Positions 46,534 through 55,825 of a DNA stretch of 64,000 bases are shown one piece after another; position 1 is the first letter of the stretch, and each line of letters starts with the position of its first letter. Made by a program: the position numbers and the translations under genes. Source of the stretch: an uncultured Erysipelotrichaceae bacterium (lineage in GTDB: Bacteria; Bacillota_I; Bacilli_A; Erysipelotrichales; Erysipelotrichaceae). The stretch covers positions 6,327 through 70,326 of the forward strand of contig CADABS010000004.1 of NCBI GenBank assembly GCA_902786245.1, written 5' to 3'. A model generated the notes under the pieces. That model worked only from the letters and a program-made list of their open reading frames with translations. It had not been told where the DNA came from and searched no databases.

Positions 46534-47620
46534 AGCGGATGAATCCGAATGCGTAGCGGGGTCTGATCCAGTCGAGCAGGATCTGTTCCTGTTCCGGTAC
46601 CCTTCCCACCAGATTGTACTGATTGCTGAGGACTTCATCCTTCAGCAGGACCCAGAGCTCACCCCGGTAATGTTCAAGATTGTCATTGACGATCACGACA
46701 TCGCCGCGTCTGCCCTGCCATGTGCCTTCCGAGCGGCAGGGAATGGACTGTCCTCTGAATTCCACCCGGGGCCAGGTCGAACGGACGATGATGTCATTGC
46801 CGTCATCGCGGTTGGCATGTCTGTCCCAGTAGATGATCGTTCTTTCCAGATCGCTGATGCCTTCTGCTTCATCAATGCGCATATTGATCTTTGTCAGATC
46901 CGTCTCGGCCAGCAGTTTCAGTTCTTCATCGGAAGCGAAGCAGTTGCCGAAGAGAATGTCCTGGCACAGATCCATGGCATTGAGATGGCGCAGCTGCAGA
47001 TCGGCCGGCAGATCGCGGTGCATTTCCAGTGTCGGCAGACCGTCGAATACCGGCCAGGGACCGAATGTATCCGGCTGCTGCGAGGAGACAAAACTGGCGA
47101 TGCGCATGCCGGCTTTCTTATATCTGCTGTGCAGATCGATATATCTCTGCAGACCCATGCCGGTATGTCTCTGGGGATAGAAATTCGAGCAGAAGCACAT
47201 GTTTTCACTGTCTGCACCGCACAGCAGCATATTCTCGATGGCAATCGTACCGCAGGCGTTGTATTCGATCTTGATGCCGTAGGGATTATGGGTGATGGCA
47301 ATATCTTCCGCTTCGCCGAAATGTCCGTCCAGACGGATGATATCCAGACCGATTTCCTTAAAGACGGAAAGATCATACGGTGTCGCATCCATCTTTGCGA
47401 AAACCGCCGGATTGGTATCCGCGGAAACGATGAGACCGGCTTCATGGGCCACATCGCAGAATTCCTTAAAGTTTGCAATGGTCTCTTCCTTTGATTCTGT
47501 TACCGAAAGAAAGCATGTGAATACGCGCTTATAGCCGAGCGCGCCTGCCCTGCGCATATAGGCATAGGCTTTTTCTTTTGTCGTATGTTCCGGATAAACG
47601 GAAATACCGAGCTGTTTCAT
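46532..47620 (-). CDS. DUF871/MupG family 6-phospho-N-acetylmuramidase-like protein
   Basis: LGISVYP, GYKRVFT, IRLDGHF, NFYPQRHTG, GLPTLEMHR; C-terminal cyclophilin-like part. Confidence 0.82.
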   Translation of the reverse strand: MKQLGISVYPEHTTKEKAYAYMRRAGALGYKRVFTCFLSVTESKEETIANFKEFCDVAHEAGLIVSADTNPAVFAKMDATPYDLSVFKEIGLDIIRLDGHFGEAEDIAITHNPYGIKIEYNACGTIAIENMLLCGADSENMCFCSNFYPQRHTGMGLQRYIDLHSRYKKAGMRIASFVSSQQPDTFGPWPVFDGLPTLEMHRDLPADLQLRHLNAMDLCQDILFGNCFASDEELKLLAETDLTKINMRIDEAEGISDLERTIIYWDRHANRDDGNDIIVRSTWPRVEFRGQSIPCRSEGTWQGRRGDVVIVNDNLEHYRGELWVLLKDEVLSNQYNLVGRVPEQEQILLDWIRPRYAFGFIR

Positions 47621-47678
47621 GATCAAAAACCTCCGTTACTGTTCTTATTATCTCATCAATTCAGCTTCCTGCGCGAAG

Positions 47679-47701
47679 AAAAAGCATGGCACGCCATGCT
47701 T
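47679..47701 (-). terminator. Terminator after fakA
   Basis: AAGCATGG / CCATGCTT stem followed by a T-tract on the minus strand. Confidence 0.7.
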
Positions 47702-49304
47702 ATTCAACACCGATCATATAGCTGTATACCGGCTGTCCGCCGTCTTCGATATCGACATCGAAATCGAAGTTATCATCGATGTACTGCCCGATCGCTTCCG
47801 CTTCCTCATCGGTGCTTCCTTCACCGCGCAGGATGGTTACGATCTCGGTATCTTCATCGACCATGGAATCCAGCAGCTGCTTCAGTACATCATACTGGTT
47901 TTTCGATGTGCAGATGATGTCCTTGCCCTTGATGCCCATATAATCGCCGGCATGGATCTCTCTGCCGTCGACCGTCGTATCCTTGATCGCATAGGTGACA
48001 GAACCGCTGCGGACATTGGATACCGCTTCCTGCATGGCAGACGTATTGTCTTCCGGTGCATCATCCGGATTGAAAGCGACGCATGCGCTGAGCCCTTCCG
48101 GAACGGAACGAGTCTCAAGCACGATGATATCCTTGTCGGATGTCACATCCGCCGCCTGCTTGGCAGCCATGATGATATTCGAGTTGTTCGGCAGCAGATA
48201 GATATGTCTTGCCGGGATCTTGCTGATGGCTGTGACGAAGTCCTCCGTCGAAGGATTCATCGTCTGACCGCCGGAAACGACGATATCGACCCGGTAATCC
48301 GTAAACAGACGCTTCAGGCCTTCGCCTGCCGCTACTGCGATCATGCCGTATTCCTTTTCCTCCGCCGGCTTTTCTTCTTCGATGATCGAAGGCTTCAGAT
48401 CATCCTGGATATTTTCGATCTGGACCTTGACGAATTCGCCGTATCTCTGGGCCAGCGTCAGAATCTCGCCGGGCGTCATGGTATTGACCCGGACCTTGAC
48501 GGTATTGCCTTCGACCAGCAGGGTCAGCTTGTTGCCGAGCTGTTCCAGCGAATGTCTGATCCGCTCTTCCTTGAATGAGCGCTGACCGTGTTCATTGAGT
48601 CTGAGAATATATTCGGTACGGTAGCCGCTTGCCTTTTCCGACTTCGTTTCGGCAACTGCGGTTTCCTCTTCACCGGCACTGACCGGCTTGCCTTCCAGAT
48701 ATGCCTTGAATCCTTCAAACACCTTCAGGAGTCCGGCACCGCCCGAGTCGACGACCTGTGCTTCTTTCAGGACCGGCAGCAGTTCCGGTGTTCCGTCCAG
48801 CGATGTCTTTGCGGCATCGCAGAGAACATTCACGAATTCCTCGATGCTGCTTTCCGGATTTTCTTCCAGGTATTTTGCGGCAGCTTCCGTCGATTCGCGG
48901 ATAACCGTCAGGATCGTGCCTTCGACCGGACGCATGACTGCCTTATATGCCAGCTTGGAGCCGTTGCTCAGAGCTTCCGAAAACTCCGCCGCATTCAGCG
49001 TTTCTTTGCCTGCCACAGCCTGGTTGAAGCCGCGGAAGATCTGGGAAAGAATGACACCCGAGTTTCCGCGGGCACCCATCAGCGTGCCTCTGCTCAGTGT
49101 CTTTGCGATGACCGGCAGGGATTCGCTGCCGCTCTTTTTCACTTCATTGATGCCGTTCGAAAATGTCAGGGACATATTCGTTCCGGTATCTCCGTCCGGT
49201 ACCGGGAAAACGTTCAGCGAGTCTACGTATTTCTTGTTGTTGTTCAGATGATTCGCTGCGCTTTCCAGCATTGCCCGAAGGACTGCACCATTCATTGTTT
49301 CCAT
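47700..49304 (-). CDS. fakA: DAK2-domain fatty acid kinase subunit A (YloV)
   Basis: LNVFPVPDGDTGTNM, GARGNSGVILSQ, VVDSGG, GGQTMNPST, GGQPVYSY. Confidence 0.93.
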   Translation of the reverse strand: METMNGAVLRAMLESAANHLNNNKKYVDSLNVFPVPDGDTGTNMSLTFSNGINEVKKSGSESLPVIAKTLSRGTLMGARGNSGVILSQIFRGFNQAVAGKETLNAAEFSEALSNGSKLAYKAVMRPVEGTILTVIRESTEAAAKYLEENPESSIEEFVNVLCDAAKTSLDGTPELLPVLKEAQVVDSGGAGLLKVFEGFKAYLEGKPVSAGEEETAVAETKSEKASGYRTEYILRLNEHGQRSFKEERIRHSLEQLGNKLTLLVEGNTVKVRVNTMTPGEILTLAQRYGEFVKVQIENIQDDLKPSIIEEEKPAEEKEYGMIAVAAGEGLKRLFTDYRVDIVVSGGQTMNPSTEDFVTAISKIPARHIYLLPNNSNIIMAAKQAADVTSDKDIIVLETRSVPEGLSACVAFNPDDAPEDNTSAMQEAVSNVRSGSVTYAIKDTTVDGREIHAGDYMGIKGKDIICTSKNQYDVLKQLLDSMVDEDTEIVTILRGEGSTDEEAEAIGQYIDDNFDFDVDIEDGGQPVYSYMIGVE

Positions 49305-49315
49305 ATCCGTCCTCC

Positions 49316-49675
49316 TTACTCAACGACCCGGACACCCTGTACGAATACATTGACCGCGCTGACTTCAACGGACAGGGATTTTTCCAGCATGTATTTCACT
49401 TTCTTCTGCGCTTCCTGCACGACCTGCGAAATGCGCACGCCGAAACTGACAATAATATAAAGATCGATTTCAAAGCCGGTATCCGTCTTTCTGACAACGA
49501 CACCGCGTGCGTAGTTTTCTTTTTTGAGAAGCTCTGCCCATCCGTCGCGCAGGACCTGGCGGCTTGACATGCCGACAACTCCATAGCATTCGGTAATGAC
49601 TGCTCCCGCCAGAGTTGCGACAGCTTCTTCGGTTACGGAAATATTGCCGTAATTCGTCTGTTTTTCCAAAGTCAT
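49316..49675 (-). CDS. Asp23/Gls24 family protein (YloU)
   Basis: ECYGVVGM, IDLYIIVSFGVRIS, VNVFVQGV; upstream of yloV as in B. subtilis. Confidence 0.9.
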   Translation of the reverse strand: MTLEKQTNYGNISVTEEAVATLAGAVITECYGVVGMSSRQVLRDGWAELLKKENYARGVVVRKTDTGFEIDLYIIVSFGVRISQVVQEAQKKVKYMLEKSLSVEVSAVNVFVQGVRVVE

Positions 49676-49707
49676 AAAATCGCTCCTTTATGCTCGCAGA
49701 TATTATA

Positions 49708-50826
49708 TCAAATGATATTCTCTTTTTGTATCATGCCGACCGGCTCTTCGGGAACCTCTTCTTCTGCCGGCACTTCTTCATCCTCCGGAATCGCTTCCGC
49801 ATCTTCCGGGATCACCAGCTGGCCGGTTTCATAATAGCCGGCGTAATAGTGGGCTTCGAAATACGGATCCGGTTCGTCATCGCCCCGGGCATTGATCGGT
49901 ATGACGATTCGGTTTCCTGCCGCATCATGGGCCATGGCACCGTCACTGAGACCGTAATAATGCTTCTCGGCCGGCAGACCGGTGCTGTTGATGATCTTGT
50001 TGCCTTCCCCGTCCAGCCAGTATTCCACATCGCGGACCGGTTCATTCCAGGGACAGGTCTTCGTATAGGCAGCCCGGAAGCCGTCTTCGACGATAATGCA
50101 CTGGTTCGTATCGGTCATCTGGGAATAGACTTCGTTATAGCTGTTGATATAATGCAGGGAATTGTATCCGGCCAGGAAATAGCCGCCGGTGCGCATCAGC
50201 ACCCGGATCGACTGCGAATCATAGCCCATGTCATACTGGCTGACTTCCGCCATTTCCTCGATCATATCCGGTTCGATATCCTTGAATGCCTTGATCAGAA
50301 GCCGTGTCTGTTCTTCATCGCTGAAGCCGGTGATCAGCGGTACGCTGGCAATGATATCGAGATATTCGCTTTTCAGCGGCGCTGTCGTTCCGTCCTGCAG
50401 CAGCACTACCGGTTCATTCTCATAGCGGTAGCCGATGACTTTCTTCTCGGTGACTGCCACTTCGATGATATTGCCGCTGTGCAGGGAGACATCCGCATCT
50501 TCAATCAGCGGATCGCTCTTCAGCCGGTGTTCGACAAGGACAGGTATATTCAGATAGAAAATCGAATCCGTACTGATATCCGCTGTCTTCATGATGTAAT
50601 CCCGGCTGAGCCTGCCCCCAGTATGCACCGAAATATTGCGTACCCTGGATACCGGCAGGATCATATACAGCACGATCAGCACTGCCGCCCCCGCCAGCAT
50701 CGCATTTCTGATGACGCTGCTGCGGGCCGCATGAAAAGAACTGCTGACGCGCTTCATCCGGCGCTCATCAAACAGTTTCTGTATCCCTGCGGGTATTTCG
50801 GTTGTATTCATCTGTTCGTCTGCCAA
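49708..50826 (-). CDS. divIB: Cell division protein DivIB/FtsQ with a long C-terminal extension
   Basis: Basic N-terminus, single TM, POTRA-like segment (LKSDPLIEDADV...IEVAVTEKK); follows murG-murB. Confidence 0.72.
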   Translation of the reverse strand: MADEQMNTTEIPAGIQKLFDERRMKRVSSSFHAARSSVIRNAMLAGAAVLIVLYMILPVSRVRNISVHTGGRLSRDYIMKTADISTDSIFYLNIPVLVEHRLKSDPLIEDADVSLHSGNIIEVAVTEKKVIGYRYENEPVVLLQDGTTAPLKSEYLDIIASVPLITGFSDEEQTRLLIKAFKDIEPDMIEEMAEVSQYDMGYDSQSIRVLMRTGGYFLAGYNSLHYINSYNEVYSQMTDTNQCIIVEDGFRAAYTKTCPWNEPVRDVEYWLDGEGNKIINSTGLPAEKHYYGLSDGAMAHDAAGNRIVIPINARGDDEPDPYFEAHYYAGYYETGQLVIPEDAEAIPEDEEVPAEEEVPEEPVGMIQKENII

Positions 50827-51716
50827 TTGAATTTCTCCACTTCCGTGATCAGCTCAATTCCGTAGTTCTCCAGAACCTTTTCCTGAATCTCTTCAATGAG
50901 GCAAAGATAATCATCTGCTTTTGCACCGCCGGTATTGACGATGAAATTGCAGTGCTTCTCCGAAACCTTCGCACCGCCCTTCTGCATTCCCCGGTAGCCG
51001 ATGCCGTCGATCAGTTCCCAGGCATTGCGGTTTTCCGGATTGCGGAATACCGATCCGCAGCTGGGGTATTCCAGCGGCTGGGATGCCCAGCGTCTCTTTC
51101 TGCGGTCATCCATCAATTCGCGGATCTCATTGGAATCCTTCGGTGTCAGTTCCATGCGCACCGCCAGAATCAGCCAGTCCGGATGTTTCTGGAAAATGCT
51201 GGAACGGTAGCCGAATCCGCATTCCGCTGCCGGGATCCATTCGATCTTTCCGTCTCTGTAGACATAGACTTCCCGGACGATATCGCACATCGATGAGCGG
51301 TAGGCACCGGCATTCATATAGATGGCACCGCCGACGGTACCGGGAATGCCGCTGGCAAATTCCAGTCCCGACATGCCCTGTTTCATCGCATCGACAGCCA
51401 GCGCAATGATCGATGCACCGGCCTGGGCGGTCAGTATGTTCTCCGTGTAGTACGAAGTGATGAAATGCCGGTCAAGACGGATCACGACACCGTCAAAAGG
51501 ACGGTCCGCACAGAGCAGATCGCTTCCCTTTCCGATCATCTTATAAGGCATTCCCAGATCTTTGACATAGTGCATGATCGAATCCAGCGCCGTGACGGAT
51601 TCGGGATAGACGGTATACTTCACCGTTCCGCCGATCCGCAGCGTTGTCATCTCCTGCAGAGATCTGTCTTTTTCTGTCAGCGCAAAGCGGCTGAGCTGTT
51701 CATATATCTTATCCAT
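50808..51716 (-). CDS. murB: UDP-N-acetylenolpyruvoylglucosamine reductase
   Basis: TTLRIGG, IGKGSDLL, GIPGTVGGAIYMNAGAY, FGYRSS, SCGSVFRNP, HCNFIVN. Confidence 0.95.
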   Translation of the reverse strand: MDKIYEQLSRFALTEKDRSLQEMTTLRIGGTVKYTVYPESVTALDSIMHYVKDLGMPYKMIGKGSDLLCADRPFDGVVIRLDRHFITSYYTENILTAQAGASIIALAVDAMKQGMSGLEFASGIPGTVGGAIYMNAGAYRSSMCDIVREVYVYRDGKIEWIPAAECGFGYRSSIFQKHPDWLILAVRMELTPKDSNEIRELMDDRRKRRWASQPLEYPSCGSVFRNPENRNAWELIDGIGYRGMQKGGAKVSEKHCNFIVNTGGAKADDYLCLIEEIQEKVLENYGIELITEVEKFNWQTNR

Positions 51717-52785
51717 TGCGGATCAGTTCCTCCATACATTCGATCATCCGGTATGCGGCATCCGGTCTGCCGGCAGCGGCCGCATTGGCGCGCATCTGCG
51801 CCAGCCGTTCCGGATCCTTCATCAGGGCATTGACCGTATCTGCCAGTTTCTGCGGATGCAGATCTTTTTCTTCGATCATGACCGCAGCCTCTGCCTTGAC
51901 CAGTTCCAGGGCATTGTACACCTGATGGTTGTTGGCGACAAAGGCACTGGGGATCAGTACCGATGCACAGCCGATCGCACTGATCTCGCACATCGTCGTC
52001 GCCCCTGCTCTTGTGACAGCCAGAGCGCATCCCTTGAGCATCTTCTTGCCGTCGATATACGGCACGATGCGGATTCTTTCATCGGAAGGTGTCTTATATG
52101 TATATTCATTGGACTGCCCGGCCGCGATTACGACCTGATAGGACGGATCGAACAGCGGACAGGCTTCATCGATGACCTTTGATACAGAAGAACTGCCCAG
52201 CGAACCCATCATGAAGACGACAAACGGTCTGTCTTCCTGCAGTCCGATTTTCACAAGTTCCTCCGGATCCCATTCCGTCTTTGCGGCCAGGGTTGCCTCG
52301 GGATTGCCCAGCAGACGGCATTTGCCGGCCGGGAACTGTTCGAGATTGCTTTCATAGCAGCCGATGATCAGATCTGTCTTGCGGGCAAGGAATTTATTCG
52401 CTTTGCCGGCAAAACTGTTCTGTTCATGCAGGATGGTCGGGATGCCGAGGGCATGCGCCGCATTGATGAACGGAACGCTGATGTAGTTGCCGAAGCCGAC
52501 ACAGATATCCGGCTTCTCCTGGATCATCAGTTTTCTGCACAGCCGCTGTGCCCTGACAAGAGACAGCGCGGAAAGGATCTTGGCCTGGACGCCGGAAGTC
52601 ATGCCGGTCATTTTCGCACCATAAAAGCGATATCCCGCTTTCGGTATGACATTGGCTTCCATGCGGTTTGTCGAACCGAAGAACACGATATCCGCTTCCG
52701 GATGTTTTTCTTTCAGGACCTGGGCAAGCGCCAGGGCCGGATATATATGACCGCCGGTCCCTCCGGTGGCTATCATCACTTTCAT
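51709..52785 (-). CDS. murG: Lipid I N-acetylglucosaminyltransferase
   Basis: GGTGGHIYPA, HEQNSFAG, LGNP, GSLGS, RAGATT, NHQ. Confidence 0.95.
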   Translation of the reverse strand: MKVMIATGGTGGHIYPALALAQVLKEKHPEADIVFFGSTNRMEANVIPKAGYRFYGAKMTGMTSGVQAKILSALSLVRAQRLCRKLMIQEKPDICVGFGNYISVPFINAAHALGIPTILHEQNSFAGKANKFLARKTDLIIGCYESNLEQFPAGKCRLLGNPEATLAAKTEWDPEELVKIGLQEDRPFVVFMMGSLGSSSVSKVIDEACPLFDPSYQVVIAAGQSNEYTYKTPSDERIRIVPYIDGKKMLKGCALAVTRAGATTMCEISAIGCASVLIPSAFVANNHQVYNALELVKAEAAVMIEEKDLHPQKLADTVNALMKDPERLAQMRANAAAAGRPDAAYRMIECMEELIRNG

Positions 52786-52851
52786 CGAAGACCTCCGATT
52801 GTTTAATTTTAACATAATAAGCATTTCATGGAAAAGAAAAAGCAGGACCTT

Positions 52852-53442
52852 TCAGAGATCCTGCTGTGCGAGCTGATTGATTTTCTCCCAGAGTTCTTCA
52901 TAGCCCTGTCTGCTGACAGAGGAACAGGGAACAAACGCATTCCTGTTGATGCCGAGGATATCGGCAGCCGCATTGCGGTTCTGGATCATCGCACTGCGGG
53001 AAAGCTTATCCGTCTTGGTGAATGCGGCCAGAATGCCGATTTTTGCGGCTCTTGCATATTCCACCATGGCGATGTCATCTTCATTCGGCTTTCTTCTCGC
53101 ATCGAGTACAATGACCATTCCCTTCAGCTGCTTTCTCTCCCGGAAATAGGGATCGATCAGACGGCTGAACTGCACTGCACTTGCCTTGTCACTGGTCGCA
53201 TAGCCGTAGCCCGGCGCATCGGTGAATACGATCCTGCCGTCGACAGTAAAGAAATTCAGCAGACGCGTCTTGCCGGGAGTCTTGCCCGCAAAGGCAAGAT
53301 TCTTCCGGTTGACCAGTCCGTTGATCAGCGTGCTCTTGCCGGCATTGGAACGTCCGGCAAAGATCAGCTCCGGCAGTGTACTGTCAGGCCACTGATTTCT
53401 CTCTGCAGCAGAAGCGAGCAGTTTCGCCTCATGATACTGCAT
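52852..53442 (-). CDS. engB: Ribosome biogenesis GTPase YihA/YsxC
   Basis: GRSNAGKS, GKTPGKTR, DAPGYG, TKTDK. Confidence 0.93.
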   Translation of the reverse strand: MQYHEAKLLASAAERNQWPDSTLPELIFAGRSNAGKSTLINGLVNRKNLAFAGKTPGKTRLLNFFTVDGRIVFTDAPGYGYATSDKASAVQFSRLIDPYFRERKQLKGMVIVLDARRKPNEDDIAMVEYARAAKIGILAAFTKTDKLSRSAMIQNRNAAADILGINRNAFVPCSSVSRQGYEELWEKINQLAQQDL

Positions 53443-55757
53443 CAGTGCACCAGCGCTTCCTTGAGCACCTGGGAAACATTCTCGACCGGAATGAACTTGA
53501 TCGTGTCCTTGACGACCTGCGGTACATCATCCAGATCGCGCACATTCATCTTCGGGATCAGAATCTTCGAGATTCCGACCCGGTGGGCAGCCAGCGATTT
53601 TTCACGCAGTCCGCCGATCGGAAGAACATTGCCGCGCAGCGTGACTTCACCGGTCATCGCCAGATCGCTGTGTACTTCTTTCTGGCACAGAGCGGAGACG
53701 ATACCCGTTGTCATCGTCACACCGGCAGAAGGACCGTCCTTGGGAACAGCGCCTTCCGGTACGTGGATATGCACATCATGCTTGTCAAAGAATTCCGGAT
53801 CGATCTTGAATTCCTTCGCGTGCGCCTTGACATAGTCCATGGCAATCTCCGCGCTTTCCTTCATGACATCGCCGAGCTGGCCGGTCATAATCAGCCTGCC
53901 CTTTCCCTCGAAGTAATTGACTTCGATGGAAAGAACATCGCCGCCGAATTCCGTATATGCCAGACCCGTAACGACACCGACCTGATCCTTCTTTTCCTTG
54001 GATCCGTATTCGAATATTTCCTTGCCCAGCCACTTGGTGATCAGCTTGTTGGTTACGGCAACCGTCTTCTTTTCACCGTTGAGGATCGCCAGTACCGTCT
54101 TGCGGCACAGTGTCGCAATGACTCTTTCAAGCTGCCGGACACCTGCTTCTCTGGTGTAGTGGCGGATCAGATACAGCAGTTCCTTTTCCGGCAGTCTGAA
54201 CTGCGAAGCCTGCAGACCGTTGGCCTTGAGCTGCTTGGGAATCAGATGTTCACGGGCGATATGCAGCTTGTCGATTTCCGTATAGGAAGGCAGCTGAATG
54301 ATCTCGAGACGGTCGCGCAGAGGCGCCGGGATATTCTCCAGATAGTTCGCTGTTGCGACAAACATGACCTTGGACAGATCATACGGCTCTTCCAGATAAT
54401 GATCCGAGAAGAAGCTGTTCTGTTCCGGGTCGAGGACTTCCAGCAGTGCGTCGCTCGGATCGCCTTTGTAGTCCATGCCCATCTTGTCGATCTCATCGAT
54501 CAGGAATACCGGATTGATGACTTCCGCTCTCTTCATGCCCTGGATGACACGGCCCGGCATCGAGCCGAGGTATGTCCTTCTGTGGCCGCGGATTTCCGCT
54601 TCATCGCGGACGCCGCCCAGCGACATCTTGACGAACTTGCGTTCCAGCGCTCTGGCAATGGACTTGGCAAGAGAGGTCTTGCCGACACCGGGAGGACCGA
54701 CCAGACACAGAATCGGGCTGTTGAGGTTGCCGGTCATCTGCTTGACGGCCAGATATTCCATGACTCTGTCCTTGACCTTTTCCAGACCGTAATGGTCTTC
54801 ATCCAGCACGCCGCGGACTTCCTTCAGGTTTTCATTGTCCTGGGTTTCCTGCCACCAGGGAACCTTCAGCAGCCAGTCGAGATAGCTGCGGGCAACACTT
54901 GCCTCTCCGCTTCCCGGCGGCAGCATCTCATAGCGCTGCAGTTCTTCCTTCGCCTTTTCCTTGACATGTTCCGGATACGGGTTCTTCTCGATCATTTCGC
55001 GGATCTGGGAAGCGTCATCCGTCAGATTGGATACATCGCCCAGTTCCTCTTTGATTGCCCGCATCTTCTCACGCAGGTAGTATTCCTTCTGGTTGTCGTC
55101 AATGCGTTCCTTGACTTTCTCATTGATCGTCGATTCCAGCTGCGAGAACCGCTGCTGCTTCTGCAGTTCGGCGATGATCATCAGCATCCGCTCATTGACA
55201 TTCAGTTCTTCCAGCAGCTTCTGTCTGGTTGCCTGCTCCATCATGAAGTACTGGCCGAACTGGTCGGTCAGCGTAATGGCGCTGACACCGTGCGTCAGCT
55301 GACGGATGATATCCGTCGGGAATGCGGAGGTAATATTGGACATACCTTCGAACTCGCTGATGATCTTCTTCACCAGTGCCATTTCTTCCTGACTGTCGCC
55401 CTGGATATCATCGCAGGGCTGGACCTCGGCCATCATCATCCGGCCGTCATCCTGCAGGCTGACAAGCTTTGCTCTCTTCATGCCGGTGAAAGTGACCCGC
55501 ATGAATCCTTCTTTGCGGCGGACGACCTTGATCTTGGACAGCGTACCCATCTGGTAGATATCCTGCGATTTGGGATCATCGACCATGATATCGTTCTGGC
55601 AGACGATCCATACCATGTTGGAATACGAAGTTCCTGCGTCATTGACGGCATTGATCGACTTCGAGCGTCCGACTTCGATCATGACATCCTGACCTGGGAA
55701 TACGATGATGCCTCTGGTGCACACGACAGGTACGCGGATATTCAGATTTTCATTCAT
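53442..55757 (-). CDS. lon: ATP-dependent protease Lon
   Basis: GPPGVGKTS, LIDEIDK, PKDGPSAG (catalytic Ser), IGGLREK. Confidence 0.97.
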   Translation of the reverse strand: MNENLNIRVPVVCTRGIIVFPGQDVMIEVGRSKSINAVNDAGTSYSNMVWIVCQNDIMVDDPKSQDIYQMGTLSKIKVVRRKEGFMRVTFTGMKRAKLVSLQDDGRMMMAEVQPCDDIQGDSQEEMALVKKIISEFEGMSNITSAFPTDIIRQLTHGVSAITLTDQFGQYFMMEQATRQKLLEELNVNERMLMIIAELQKQQRFSQLESTINEKVKERIDDNQKEYYLREKMRAIKEELGDVSNLTDDASQIREMIEKNPYPEHVKEKAKEELQRYEMLPPGSGEASVARSYLDWLLKVPWWQETQDNENLKEVRGVLDEDHYGLEKVKDRVMEYLAVKQMTGNLNSPILCLVGPPGVGKTSLAKSIARALERKFVKMSLGGVRDEAEIRGHRRTYLGSMPGRVIQGMKRAEVINPVFLIDEIDKMGMDYKGDPSDALLEVLDPEQNSFFSDHYLEEPYDLSKVMFVATANYLENIPAPLRDRLEIIQLPSYTEIDKLHIAREHLIPKQLKANGLQASQFRLPEKELLYLIRHYTREAGVRQLERVIATLCRKTVLAILNGEKKTVAVTNKLITKWLGKEIFEYGSKEKKDQVGVVTGLAYTEFGGDVLSIEVNYFEGKGRLIMTGQLGDVMKESAEIAMDYVKAHAKEFKIDPEFFDKHDVHIHVPEGAVPKDGPSAGVTMTTGIVSALCQKEVHSDLAMTGEVTLRGNVLPIGGLREKSLAAHRVGISKILIPKMNVRDLDDVPQVVKDTIKFIPVENVSQVLKEALVH

Positions 55758-55791
55758 AATCATTCACCTCCTTCGGGATGATCAGTTTGTG

Positions 55792-55817
55792 AAAATAAGA
55801 CGCTGAGCGTCTTATTT
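55792..55817 (-). terminator. Terminator-like hairpin between tig and lon
   Basis: AAATAAGACGC-TGA-GCGTCTTATTT perfect stem. Confidence 0.7.
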
Positions 55818-55825
55818 CATTGGAT

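Noticed and set aside
42493-47620. MupG plus GHMP kinase as a peptidoglycan-recycling operon
   Set aside because: A strong terminator at 46506-46533 and a separate recG promoter split them
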